Below, one piece after another: positions 31,184 through 40,680 of a stretch of DNA of 64,000 bases (position 1 is the stretch's first letter; every line of letters begins with the position of its first letter). The notes under the pieces are model-generated. The model made no database searches and had not been told where the DNA came from. It saw only the letters and a list, made by a program, of their open reading frames with translations. Made by a program: the position numbers and the translations under genes. Source of the DNA: Candidatus Binatia bacterium (GTDB taxonomy: Bacteria > Desulfobacterota > Binatia > UBA9968 > CAXXLF01); NCBI GenBank assembly GCA_963664015.2, contig CAXXLF010000002.1, forward strand, positions 864,001 to 928,000, in the 5' to 3' direction.

Positions 31184-32326
31184 TCAGGGCTCACCGTAGT
31201 ACCGTACAACATTGTCGTAGAGGATTTTTTTCTTTTGTCCATCGGTGAGGTCCTTGTTGTCAAGGATCTCTCCAGCAGCGTTGTCGCGCATCTCCGGGTG
31301 AGGCATGTCAGAAGCGAACATGAGGTTGTCCTCGCCCATGAGTTCGATCTCCGCTGTCAGCACTTCGTCATCCCCTTCGCAGGTGACGAAGAATTTACCC
31401 GACCGGACATATTCTACCACCCGCTTAGGCGGCGTATCCGTTGCCACCGGCGCACCGCGGCGCTGGGCCATCTTTCGGAAGCGCTCCATACGTGGGATCA
31501 CATAGAGGAGCCATTCGGATCCGAATTCCAAGAACGCGAACTTGAGACTCGGATAGCGGTCCATGAGCCCTCCCCCAATGACAGCGTAGAAGCCCAGATA
31601 GACGGGAAACGTCATGCCGATAAACTGTCCCGAGAACATGGTCCGGCTCAGGTCCCACAAGGGTGGATAGCTCATCCCGAAATGGATACTGAGAGGCAAC
31701 CCTGCGCGAGCCAACTCGTCGTAAACTGGATAAAAGAAAGGGTCCGAGAGAAGCCGGTCGCCGGCCGTGCCAAAGACCACCGCCGCGGTCGCTCCCAACT
31801 CTTTCATTTCCGCTATCGCGGCGCAGGCCTCTTTCGGATGCCTCATTGGGATGAGCCCTGCCCACTTGAGCCGCTTGGGATTCGCCTTGCAACTCCGTCC
31901 CATATAGCGATTGAACGACCGGTATATGGCAGCTTCCAGCTCAGGATCACTGCTCATCGTCGCATATAGGGTAGAGGGGTACATGACCGAATAGTCGATT
32001 CCCATCCGGTCCATATCCTTCAAACGCAGTTCGGGCTGGGATAGATCCCGGCTCCCCATTTCAATAGGAAGGCTCAAACCGGTCCCCGAATAGACCGGGT
32101 TTGTGGTTGCCGGGTTATTGGCCGGCTGGCTACCCGGACCCCAGTGACGGGGGGTCAAACGTCCTTCTATAAACCATGAACTCTCCAAGTTTCCCAGATC
32201 TTCGTTATCGTCAATTCTAACGGGTCTTGGACGCCGAAGACGCATGGGTTCCGGCAAATCCTCCCACATGCGCTGGCTCACCATGACGTGGGCATCGGCG
32301 TCGAAAACGGTCAGTCCATTCTGCAT
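31184..32326 (-). CDS. Amidohydrolase-2 family protein (ACMSD/LigW-like fold)
   Basis: FDADAH, DMDRMGID...YP, LSIH, AFLEFG, FASDMPH. Confidence 0.88.
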   Translation of the reverse strand: MQNGLTVFDADAHVMVSQRMWEDLPEPMRLRRPRPVRIDDNEDLGNLESSWFIEGRLTPRHWGPGSQPANNPATTNPVYSGTGLSLPIEMGSRDLSQPELRLKDMDRMGIDYSVMYPSTLYATMSSDPELEAAIYRSFNRYMGRSCKANPKRLKWAGLIPMRHPKEACAAIAEMKELGATAAVVFGTAGDRLLSDPFFYPVYDELARAGLPLSIHFGMSYPPLWDLSRTMFSGQFIGMTFPVYLGFYAVIGGGLMDRYPSLKFAFLEFGSEWLLYVIPRMERFRKMAQRRGAPVATDTPPKRVVEYVRSGKFFVTCEGDDEVLTAEIELMGEDNLMFASDMPHPEMRDNAAGEILDNKDLTDGQKKKILYDNVVRYYGEP

Positions 32327-32671
32327 CTCAATCGGTCCTCCCAAATGCTACTTTTGGTCGCTGGAATTGTTCTTACAACATTTGAAGCAGCTATGTCCAC
32401 AGAAGCAAACGACGAGCGCCGAAGCAGCCAAAAATTCCTTCGGACCGATATCTCCAATCCCTTTTTTGATCCCTAGGGGGCGCGCTATCGTAGAGGAGCG
32501 CGAAAAGGTGACCTTAAGAGTCAAGAGTAGTCTTCACCCCTTATTTCGATTCGGCAGCGATCAATACGGGAGATAACGGTCAAATTACCGGCCGATTGCA
32601 ATAGACTCGATAACTGCCTAAATACCCGACCAGATGCTCTTGTGCATTGCCTTATCATACCCGGCCATTGG

Positions 32672-33145
32672 TTATAGACCCAGGTCTGACAAACCGGGAT
32701 GACCGTCTGGCCGGCGGCCGAGAGGCCAGTGATATTTGCGTTCTTCCTCTTTTATCGGCAGATCGTTAATGCTGGCAATGCGGCGTTTCATTAATCCAAA
32801 CTCATCGAACTCCCAATTCTCATTTCCGTACGAACGGAACCAGGAACCCCCGTCATCATTCCATGCGTATGCAAATCGCACGGCGATGCGGTTGCCATGG
32901 GTGGTCCAAAGTTCTTTGATTAACCGGTAGTCCAGCTCTCTTTTCCATTTGCTTTGCAGAAAGGAAACAATTTGCTTGCGCCCATCAATAAATCCAGATC
33001 GGTTTCGCCATTGGCTGTCGATAGTATAAGCAAGCGAAACGCGCTCCGGATCGCAGCTGTTGCACGCGTCCTCTGCCATTCCAACCTTTTGTGTAGCACT
33101 ATCCGTATTAAATGGCGGGAGTGGGGGCCTGGGTCCTCCCTCCAT
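32672..33145 (-). CDS. DUF1348 / NTF2-like protein
   Basis: [50 protein letters not shown]. Confidence 0.9.
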   Translation of the reverse strand: MEGGPRPPLPPFNTDSATQKVGMAEDACNSCDPERVSLAYTIDSQWRNRSGFIDGRKQIVSFLQSKWKRELDYRLIKELWTTHGNRIAVRFAYAWNDDGGSWFRSYGNENWEFDEFGLMKRRIASINDLPIKEEERKYHWPLGRRPDGHPGLSDLGL

Positions 33146-33252
33146 TTAATTAAAGATCCTCCAAATATTGATTCCATATCCATATAACAATACCAGCCAA
33201 CTGCCAAATCGTCGGGGACGCAGCCCGATCGATACATATCCAAACCCCTTTT

Positions 33253-33663
33253 TCAGTTATCGCTATCAGGCCGCACGGAGACTCGGAGGATTTTTTTCTC
33301 CGCCTGACGGCGCTTATCGGCAAGCATGCGAAGCTTGGCCCGCCGGGAGCGCCGTCTTTTTTGTCGGCGGACCTTTTCGATCCTCTGTTCTTCGGCGGAT
33401 TGCGCTCCAACCAGCTTCGTCTCGATTTTATCCAGAAGGATTCTTCGCGCGAGAAAACGGTTGAGGGCCTGGGAGCGCTCTTTTTGACACTTAACCCGAA
33501 TACCCGTCGGCCGGTGGTGGAGCACCACGCAGGTGGAGGTCTTGTTGACCTTCTGGCCGCCGGCACCGGATGACCGGACAAACTGCTCCTCCAGGTCTCT
33601 CTCCCGGACTCCCAACGCACGCATACGTCTGATCAACTCTTTTTCTTTTCCTGGAGAAACCAC
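33253..33663 (-). CDS. GGQ-domain peptidyl-tRNA hydrolase / release-factor-like protein (ArfB/C12orf65-like)
   Basis: [28 protein letters not shown], long basic C-terminal tail. Confidence 0.9.
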   Translation of the reverse strand: MVSPGKEKELIRRMRALGVRERDLEEQFVRSSGAGGQKVNKTSTCVVLHHRPTGIRVKCQKERSQALNRFLARRILLDKIETKLVGAQSAEEQRIEKVRRQKRRRSRRAKLRMLADKRRQAEKKILRVSVRPDSDN

Positions 33664-33883
33664 AAACAGCGCCCTAGTCTTTCACTTCTAACATAGCATA
33701 CCTGCCGTCGACAGGAAGGTCGCAGGATGGGGATCGACCGACACGCCGGCAAGCAAAAACAAAACTTCAGTTACGACGTTTAATGGGAACTTGATTTTCC
33801 GGGTCTCTCCTTTACCCATTTGCTCCATTTTGACTCCTCATTTCATGCGAAAGAGCTTTACTCCAAAATCAATACGTGTGCCT

Positions 33884-33913
33884 TGTAAACGATTCCAGGG
33901 GCACATCGTCTAA
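33884..33913 (+). promoter_or_regulatory. Possible ECF-sigma promoter
   Basis: TGTAAAC-N16-CGTCTAA (AAC-N16-CGT) before RBS AGGAGG and ATG 33942. Confidence 0.5.
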
Positions 33914-33941
33914 GAACTAATTACACACCGAGGAGGACCCG

Positions 33942-34284
33942 ATGAAGAAAGTCATGATGATTGCCTTGGGCATGCTTATAATTAGAGTTGCCGGCCCGAC
34001 CTATTCACAGGATGCAGGAGATAAGGATTGAGGAGAGACTCGATCACCGTAGAGAAGCCATCAATCAAAGGCTGGACCAAAAAGGGGAAGCCCGCAACGA
34101 ACGTCTCGATAAAAAGGCCAAAATGGCTCGCAGTCAAGGGAAGGAGAAATTGTCCGAGCGGCTCGATGCCAATGGTGACCGGATCGAGAACAGACTCGAT
34201 CGGCGCGGTGATCGAATTGAGCGCCGTCTCGACCGACGCGGCAAGAGAGCCCATCAACATTCTCACCGCAGGAGGGGGAAGTAA
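33942..34284 (+). pseudogene. Small secreted protein with RLDxxGDRIE repeats, +1 frameshift
   Basis: Signal peptide MKKVMMIALGMLII...SQDAGDK, one extra base near 34026, then IEERLDHRREAINQRLDQKG...RLDANGDRIENRLDRRGDRIERRLDRRG. Confidence 0.7.
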
Positions 34285-34372
34285 AATTACTTCCCCTAGT
34301 GGCTAAGGGCAAGGACGAGTTGAGAGCCTTCGCCCTAGCCCGCTTCAAATCAGGCGGCCGCAGCAAATAGCT

Positions 34373-35671
34373 TCAGTGGCCGCCACCTTCCGTCCTGGGT
34401 ACGTAGGCTTCAGTGATATTTAGGCTTCGGAGGGTCCGGTTGGGCAAAACTACCAGGACCACAAAGGAAATCACCGCCAGCCCTCCCGCGACCAATGCGA
34501 ATGACGCTGTCGTCAGTGCCGCTACCAGGGCAAACTGCATCTCGCCCACCGGCCGGACGCTGGAGTGCGTCATTGCCCACAGTGCCATGACCCGCCCTCG
34601 GAACTCGTCGGGTACCATGAGCTGCAGACAACTCTGGGAGGCCACACTAAAGATGGAGCTACCGACCCCGGCGATCCACAGCACTACGAGCGTCACCAGG
34701 TACCACTGGGATAACCCGAACAAAATAACGGAACCGCCGAGCACGAGTGAGCCTACCACAGTCCACTTTCCCTGGTCCCGAGCGGCCATCCAGCGGGCGC
34801 CAATCACCGCTCCGATAAGACTGCCGATACCTTGGGCGGTATGCATCATCCCCAGCGCCTCGGGGCCCATTCCCAAAACATCTTTCGCGACCACCGGGAA
34901 TAGCACGTGCATGGCAAGCCCGAACAGCATGTTGGCGTACACCACGCCAATGAGGGAAACGTAGATCCGGTTGGTCCACACGAAGCGCATCCCTTCTACA
35001 GTGTTGGACAGCATGTTTCCACGGCGCACTCTTGCAATAGGCGGTACCTGTAAGAAGCACAACACAAGGGTATAGACAGCCAGGCCCACCGCCGTAATGG
35101 CAAAGACCGTACCCGCCGCCAGCATGGCAGACTCGGTCGCTCCCATAACACCGGCCAGGACGAGACCTGTGACCACGGGTGAAAAGACCCGCGTGCCCGG
35201 GTGAACCATGGCATTCAGACCGATCGCACTGGGCATTGCAGCCCGGTCAACCAGGTGGGGAAAGAGCGACTGGCGCGCCGGCTGCTCGAACACGCTCAAG
35301 CATGAGTGGAGAAAGCTCGCCAGGATGACATGCCAGACCTCCACCGTTTGAAAAAAGCACAGCGTTGCCATTATAGAGAGGATGACTATGTCGACCGTAT
35401 GGGTAACGATGAGCAAACGGCGCTGATCCAGCCGGTCCGCCAAGGCCCCCCCAAGCAGCGCCAAAGCGGTCGCCGGCACCGCCTGGGCCAGGCTATTGGC
35501 CCCAAGCAGAAGCTTCGACTCGGAAAGCTCGTAGATGAGCCACCCCTCGGAAATCCACAGCATCTGCTTCCCAGCAATGGAAACGATGTGACCGAACCAC
35601 CACTGGCGGAAGGGACGGGATTGTAAGGCGGGAAACGCCCCCAGCCAGTCACGCAAACCGTTTAGCAACAA
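34373..35671 (-). CDS. MFS transporter (MFS_3-like)
   Basis: About 12 TM; GGALADRLDQRRLL, EQPARQSL, VPDEFRGRVMA. Confidence 0.9.
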   Translation of the reverse strand: MLLNGLRDWLGAFPALQSRPFRQWWFGHIVSIAGKQMLWISEGWLIYELSESKLLLGANSLAQAVPATALALLGGALADRLDQRRLLIVTHTVDIVILSIMATLCFFQTVEVWHVILASFLHSCLSVFEQPARQSLFPHLVDRAAMPSAIGLNAMVHPGTRVFSPVVTGLVLAGVMGATESAMLAAGTVFAITAVGLAVYTLVLCFLQVPPIARVRRGNMLSNTVEGMRFVWTNRIYVSLIGVVYANMLFGLAMHVLFPVVAKDVLGMGPEALGMMHTAQGIGSLIGAVIGARWMAARDQGKWTVVGSLVLGGSVILFGLSQWYLVTLVVLWIAGVGSSIFSVASQSCLQLMVPDEFRGRVMALWAMTHSSVRPVGEMQFALVAALTTASFALVAGGLAVISFVVLVVLPNRTLRSLNITEAYVPRTEGGGH

Positions 35672-36103
35672 TGGCGCCTCTTTCTCTACCGTACGCTTGA
35701 AAATGCGTACCCACTATAGGTCCTTTATCGTCCGAGGCACAAATCCTTACCAGATTTATTAATGACTACACGCAGGCGAGCCCCGAGAGAGGCCCAATTA
35801 GGGGGTGATGGAGCGGTAGACTAAGGGAATTCTAGTAGCAAAGAGCAAGGTTTGCCGCTAGCCGTGACCTAGCGGCTGGAAAACTACGAAAACTATTTTG
35901 ACAAGCGGGAATTAATGTGGAGCTTAAATAGCAGGGGCTCAAGGAACCATGGCGCGCGAATATCATTCAGTTGTCGCATTGCAAGACCTGACCTTAATTT
36001 CTCGCTTTCTGTAGAATAATCTCGTTATAGCGTACTGCTATTCTCCGAACTTGACTTGCTTGGCGTCTTGCCTCGAGTCACACCAAGCTGATTCCGTTTC
36101 CAA

Positions 36104-37240
36104 TTACCCGAGAGGGAACCCATAGTATGAAGCGCAATTGTCCCAAAGGATCTTACGCTTTTCACCATCGCTCCACGGCAACTCTAAAAAGGCATCGATG
36201 GCGTAGGGAAACCTGGAGTCTACATGGGGATAGTCGGTAGAGAATACCAGGCGATCGCACCCCATCTGGTCAATGACCGACCGGGCAGTATGTTCATCCG
36301 GTTCTACGGATACAATACATTGTCTTTTGAAGTACTCGCTGGGAGCCATGGTCAAACCCTTGGTCCAGACGTCGCCGTCGAGCTCGACTGCTTCGTCCAG
36401 CCGCCAGAGAATCCAGGGTAACCAGCTACAGTTCCCTTCCAGAAACGCCACTCTGAGTTTCGGATGACGCGCTAAGACCCCGCCGGCGCAAAAGCTACCC
36501 AAAGCCATCATTTGTTCTAGCGGCTGGGAATATACCCGTCGAAGCATGAAGTTCGGTTCGAAACGCTCCCCGGGATTGTTCACCCCAGTGCGTGAAGCCT
36601 CATGGAACCCCAGTGGAAGATCCAGCTCCTCCAGAGTGGACCACAGCGGATCGTAGTATTCATCGTACCAGTTCTTCCCGTTAAACAGGTTGGCGCGGAT
36701 GAAGACCGCCTTGAAGCCCAGTTCCTTGGAGCACCGGCGGGCTTCTTTCACCGCTTCGTTCATATCGTAGGGCGAGATCATGGCGGCACCGAAGAGACGC
36801 TGGGGATTCTCATTGCAGAAGTCATACAACCAATTGTTATACGCACGGGCAATAGCAGCGGCAAGCCGGGGCTCCATATTTGGTTCTGCCAGGGCGGTGA
36901 GGCCCCGGGTGGGGTAGAGCACGGCGAAATCAATCCCTTCCACGTCCATGGCCTCGAGCTGCGCTTTGGAAGACCACCCTTGGTCGGCGTAGTATCGATA
37001 AACCAATTGAGTGCGTTGAAAGTTTTTTCCTCCGTTGGAGGGGCGATTCTTATCTCTGGATGGGTTGTGACCCCATGGTCTCCCATCGGAGTGGGCCATT
37101 CGAAGTTCCCTTAAGTTGTCACTGGTGAGTCCTATGGGAGCGTGTTCCTTGAACTCGGGTTCGATGTAGCGCTGCCAGAGATCGGGAGGCTCCATAATAT
37201 GCATGTCGCTATCGAACACTTTGAAATCATTCTTCGCCAT
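36104..37240 (-). CDS. Amidohydrolase-2 family protein
   Basis: DSDMHIMEP, MDVEGIDFAVLYPT, AYNNWL, LGFHE, AFLEGN, FSTDYPH. Confidence 0.9.
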   Translation of the reverse strand: MAKNDFKVFDSDMHIMEPPDLWQRYIEPEFKEHAPIGLTSDNLRELRMAHSDGRPWGHNPSRDKNRPSNGGKNFQRTQLVYRYYADQGWSSKAQLEAMDVEGIDFAVLYPTRGLTALAEPNMEPRLAAAIARAYNNWLYDFCNENPQRLFGAAMISPYDMNEAVKEARRCSKELGFKAVFIRANLFNGKNWYDEYYDPLWSTLEELDLPLGFHEASRTGVNNPGERFEPNFMLRRVYSQPLEQMMALGSFCAGGVLARHPKLRVAFLEGNCSWLPWILWRLDEAVELDGDVWTKGLTMAPSEYFKRQCIVSVEPDEHTARSVIDQMGCDRLVFSTDYPHVDSRFPYAIDAFLELPWSDGEKRKILWDNCASYYGFPLG

Positions 37241-37277
37241 AACAGAACTCCTCCACTAATGAGACGCTGGAGATCCG

Positions 37278-38285
37278 CTATCGAGACTGCTTGCCCACCA
37301 GGTACGCCTCCAGATAATTCCGAGAAGATTCGGGGGTCAAGGTGGCCTCGGTGCCGGCGATGGGCGCACCCGGCACCCAGTGGAAGGCATTGGTGTCCCA
37401 ATCCCAGAAGCTATCTCCCCGACCAAAGCCTGACCGCCAGGGCTGTCCGACGGGACTTCCATGGATGCCCACACGGGGGGGAAGCTGCTGAGTCTCCTCG
37501 GCTGGCACGCAGGTCCGCACCACCGGATCGTGGTCCCACTCCGGCAGATCCGCCCACATGCGGTCGTATATCTTCATCATCTCGTCGCCCCGCACCATCA
37601 TGGCTGTATGCAGGGGATGGATGTGTCCGCCTGTACGGCCAACGAGGGCATTCACCTTTTGGAAGGCGAGCCGCCCGCCGCCCGCGAATTTCAGCGCCAG
37701 CATGTCCTTTGAGACGTCGGCGTTCGAGATGGGGTCGACCCCGCAGTACTCGATAAAGAAGTCAGCGGTCTTCGTGAGATCGCGGGACTCGAAGAGCGCT
37801 CCCGCGACACGCCCGACCTTGGCCGTGGTTTCCTGGTCCATCCCGTTGGCCGGCATCCGGACCGGTGCCCAGAACTCCAACTGGTTTCCATCCGGATCTT
37901 CGAACCGAACCGCGGTTCCGTCTTCGCCCTCTTCAGACGTGCGAAAGGCCTCGGTGTGGGGTACCTGGTACTGGTCCAATCGCTGCAGATGTTCGTCGAT
38001 ATCCTGGGCTCGGACGAAGTAGCGGTAACGCGGTAAACTGGCTCCCAGCCCTTTGCTGGCCGGAAGGATTTCCGGGCAGGATGCGCCTCCCACGTGGCAC
38101 GCGCCCACGAACGTGAACTGCACACCGGCGCGCGCTCGCTGAGGCCTAACCGGCCTATCGGCGCCCGTCGCCCGGGGCACGGCTCCGAGGACATTGGTAT
38201 AAAACTCACTCCATCGGTCAATGTCACTTACAGGCACTACATAGTGGTCGATGCCATAAGATGCACCGGGTCGTTGGTCGTTCAT
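37278..38285 (-). CDS. Two-domain VOC/glyoxalase-family protein
   Basis: IDHYVVPVSDI...FYTNVLG, FEDPDGNQLE; the second degenerate domain ends FWDWDTNAFH. Confidence 0.75.
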   Translation of the reverse strand: MNDQRPGASYGIDHYVVPVSDIDRWSEFYTNVLGAVPRATGADRPVRPQRARAGVQFTFVGACHVGGASCPEILPASKGLGASLPRYRYFVRAQDIDEHLQRLDQYQVPHTEAFRTSEEGEDGTAVRFEDPDGNQLEFWAPVRMPANGMDQETTAKVGRVAGALFESRDLTKTADFFIEYCGVDPISNADVSKDMLALKFAGGGRLAFQKVNALVGRTGGHIHPLHTAMMVRGDEMMKIYDRMWADLPEWDHDPVVRTCVPAEETQQLPPRVGIHGSPVGQPWRSGFGRGDSFWDWDTNAFHWVPGAPIAGTEATLTPESSRNYLEAYLVGKQSR

Positions 38286-38784
38286 GGCCCCTCCTTTTTA
38301 GGTTGAGTGTCCGGCCCCGAGGTGCATGGGGTGTCCCTACGGGGCGCGCGGAACGGAATCCGCAACACCAGATGCGGCGATTATTAACTCAGTTGGGGTT
38401 AGATGTCCAGCCCATGCATGCAAACCGGTCACGAGTTGGCCTCTGGTCGGACCTTAGAAAAAGGAAAAAGGGTCGTGCTGAGGCCCATCCCGATTTCAAT
38501 GTTTGATTGTGGTAAGCTTGTCGTTCGGAAAAACAACAATCCATAGACCTGACCCTCCTGGTGACCCTACTCACTACTCACTGACCCCGATCCAAAAAGC
38601 GTTGTTAAGACCAAACCGTCTTAACCGGATGAGGGTTGACACCGACCAACAAGGTGTACTAGAGTCCTCCCCGATTCTTAGGAAGACTCGGCCAGGCAAG
38701 ACGTAGAGTAATTGGTGAGGACTAACTCCCAGGGACCGAGCAGATGCGAATGGGTAAACCAAAAACGATCAGGAGGTTGTACTG

Positions 38785-39909
38785 ATGTTCAAAAGATTTG
38801 TCTTAGCTGGAGTATTGACGGCGGCGTTGCTCATGGTGGCTTATGCTACTCCCCAGCCTGCAGCAGCGCAGGCAACCAACTTCAAGGAAAAGTGGGCGGC
38901 TCTGAAGGCTGCGGCGCAGAAGGAAGGCCGGGTGGTGTTTCGGATCGGCTCGTCCGAGGCGCGGAACTTTCGCAAGCACCGACCAAAGTTTGAGAAAATC
39001 CTTGGAATAAAGCTGGAGATCATCACAGGTAGCTCTCGAAAACTGATCCCGAAGCTCCTCGTGGAACGCGGAGCGGGCAGGTACACAACGGACCTGTGGC
39101 TGAGCGGTCCCTCGTCGGTCTACTCGCTGCTCATTCCCGCCGGTGCCGTCGAGAAGCTGCAGCCGGATTACCTGTTCCACCCGGAGGTGGTAGGGGACCC
39201 CGGTGTTTGGTTTGGAGATGGTTTCCCGTATGCCGACCCCGAGCAAGAGCGGCAGTGGGCCTACGGGGCGGACCCGGACCCTCAGATCTGGTACAACACC
39301 AAGCGGGTGAACCCCGACGATATCAAATCCATTCATGACCTGCTGAATCCCAAGTGGAAGGGCAAGATCCTGGCGAGAGACCCCCGAATATCAGGCACGA
39401 CCGGTCCGGCGGGTTTTCTTGTCGAAATGGTGGGTAAGGAGTGGGTCCGGAAGATGTGGAGCACGCAAAAGATTGTCATTGCGCCGGACGCTCGCACAGG
39501 CGCAGAGTGGCTGGCTCAAGGGCGGTTCCTCATTGGCATTTACGGATTCCAAAGGGCGGTGAAAGCTGCCAGGCGAGACGGCCTACCCGTGAGGGCCATG
39601 GACAAGACCTTCCCAGAGGGTGTGCAGGTGGGTATGGGAGGCCGGGGCTTTCAGGCTATGACAAAGGCCCCTCACCCCAATGCGGCAAGATACTTCGGTA
39701 ACTGGTTCCTGAGCCGGGAAGGCCAGATACTATACCAGAGGATCACCGGCGACAACTCCCTCAGAACAGACATCCCCAAGGACGACGTGAGCCTAGACGA
39801 CCGGATCGACCCCAAGGGCAATAACTGGTACGACTGGAAGAAGACTATTGAGCGTGACGCGGCACAACAGTACCACCGCAAGCTACTGAAAGAGCTCGGC
39901 GGATATTAA
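38785..39909 (+). CDS. ABC transporter substrate-binding protein (Fe3+/thiamine-type)
   Basis: Signal peptide; AAQKEGRV, YNTKRV, DLLNPKWKGKI, KAPHPNAA..F.NWFLSREGQ. Confidence 0.88.
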   Translation: MFKRFVLAGVLTAALLMVAYATPQPAAAQATNFKEKWAALKAAAQKEGRVVFRIGSSEARNFRKHRPKFEKILGIKLEIITGSSRKLIPKLLVERGAGRYTTDLWLSGPSSVYSLLIPAGAVEKLQPDYLFHPEVVGDPGVWFGDGFPYADPEQERQWAYGADPDPQIWYNTKRVNPDDIKSIHDLLNPKWKGKILARDPRISGTTGPAGFLVEMVGKEWVRKMWSTQKIVIAPDARTGAEWLAQGRFLIGIYGFQRAVKAARRDGLPVRAMDKTFPEGVQVGMGGRGFQAMTKAPHPNAARYFGNWFLSREGQILYQRITGDNSLRTDIPKDDVSLDDRIDPKGNNWYDWKKTIERDAAQQYHRKLLKELGGY

Positions 39910-39979
39910 GTAGTGTGGGAGTGAGTGCGAGTGCTACTTCGTTAAAGTTTTCGGTTCATGAATTTTGGAGAGAAACCTG

Positions 39980-40189
39980 ATGAAAACATTAATAATTTTT
40001 ATGGGAGTTGCCATTGCAATTGTGTTCGGGGCACCTGCAATTTCTGTTAAAAATAATGCTTTCGCGCAAACCTACAGGACAACCCCCAATCCTATCACAG
40101 GGGGATATACGACGAGGGGTTCCAACGGATCAACCTACAGGACAACCCCCAATCCTATCACAGGGGGATATACGACCCGACGCAGGTAA
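39980..40189 (+). CDS. Small secreted protein with a duplicated TYRTTPNPITGGYTTR motif
   Basis: RBS GGAG, signal peptide ending AFA-Q, two identical 16-aa units. Confidence 0.7.
   Translation: MKTLIIFMGVAIAIVFGAPAISVKNNAFAQTYRTTPNPITGGYTTRGSNGSTYRTTPNPITGGYTTRRR
40069..40176. repeat. Two identical 45-bp direct repeats, period 63 bp
   Basis: AACCTACAGGACAACCCCCAATCCTATCACAGGGGGATATACGAC at 40069-40113 and 40132-40176. Confidence 0.95.
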
Positions 40190-40250
40190 TGAATTTACCC
40201 TTTATTGTAGGTTGAGGTGATACCCGGACATCCCTCGGACATCACACGCT

Positions 40251-40290
40251 AAGAAGACCTCTCAGACACCATGCTGAGGGGTCTTTTTTA
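40251..40290 (+). terminator. Rho-independent terminator, possibly bidirectional
   Basis: AAGAAGACCTCTCAG-loop-CTGAGGGGTCTTTTTT. Confidence 0.7.
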
Positions 40291-40680
40291 TGGGTGTCGA
40301 GAAGGTTCAGGAAAACATGCTGGGGTGTTCTGTCGAGTGGGTCTAAGTCTGCGGGGTATGAGGTCAGAAACCACCACACCCCATTCTGTCTACCCATCCC
40401 GAATATTCTCTACTAGAATTTCCGTACGAGAAACCCCTTACCAAGGAAACACTAATGTTGGGATCAGTCGCTCTAATTTTGCTCCTGATTGCCGGGTATC
40501 TGCACATGTCTTTTTGGTGGTTGGTGCCGGGAACCATTATCAATAGTTTTATTGGAAGGTATGCAGCTGGAGCTGGGCTGCTCGTGCCCTGCACTACCCC
40601 GCTACAGTGGGGAAGGGTATGGGAGATGAGTAAGTCGGTGTACCAGCACTTATAAAAATGCTATTTGCACCGAAAATTAG

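Noticed and set aside
40069-40176. Mini CRISPR array
   Set aside because: Only two 45-bp units with an 18-bp spacer, an in-frame 63-bp period inside a signal-peptide ORF, and no cas genes.
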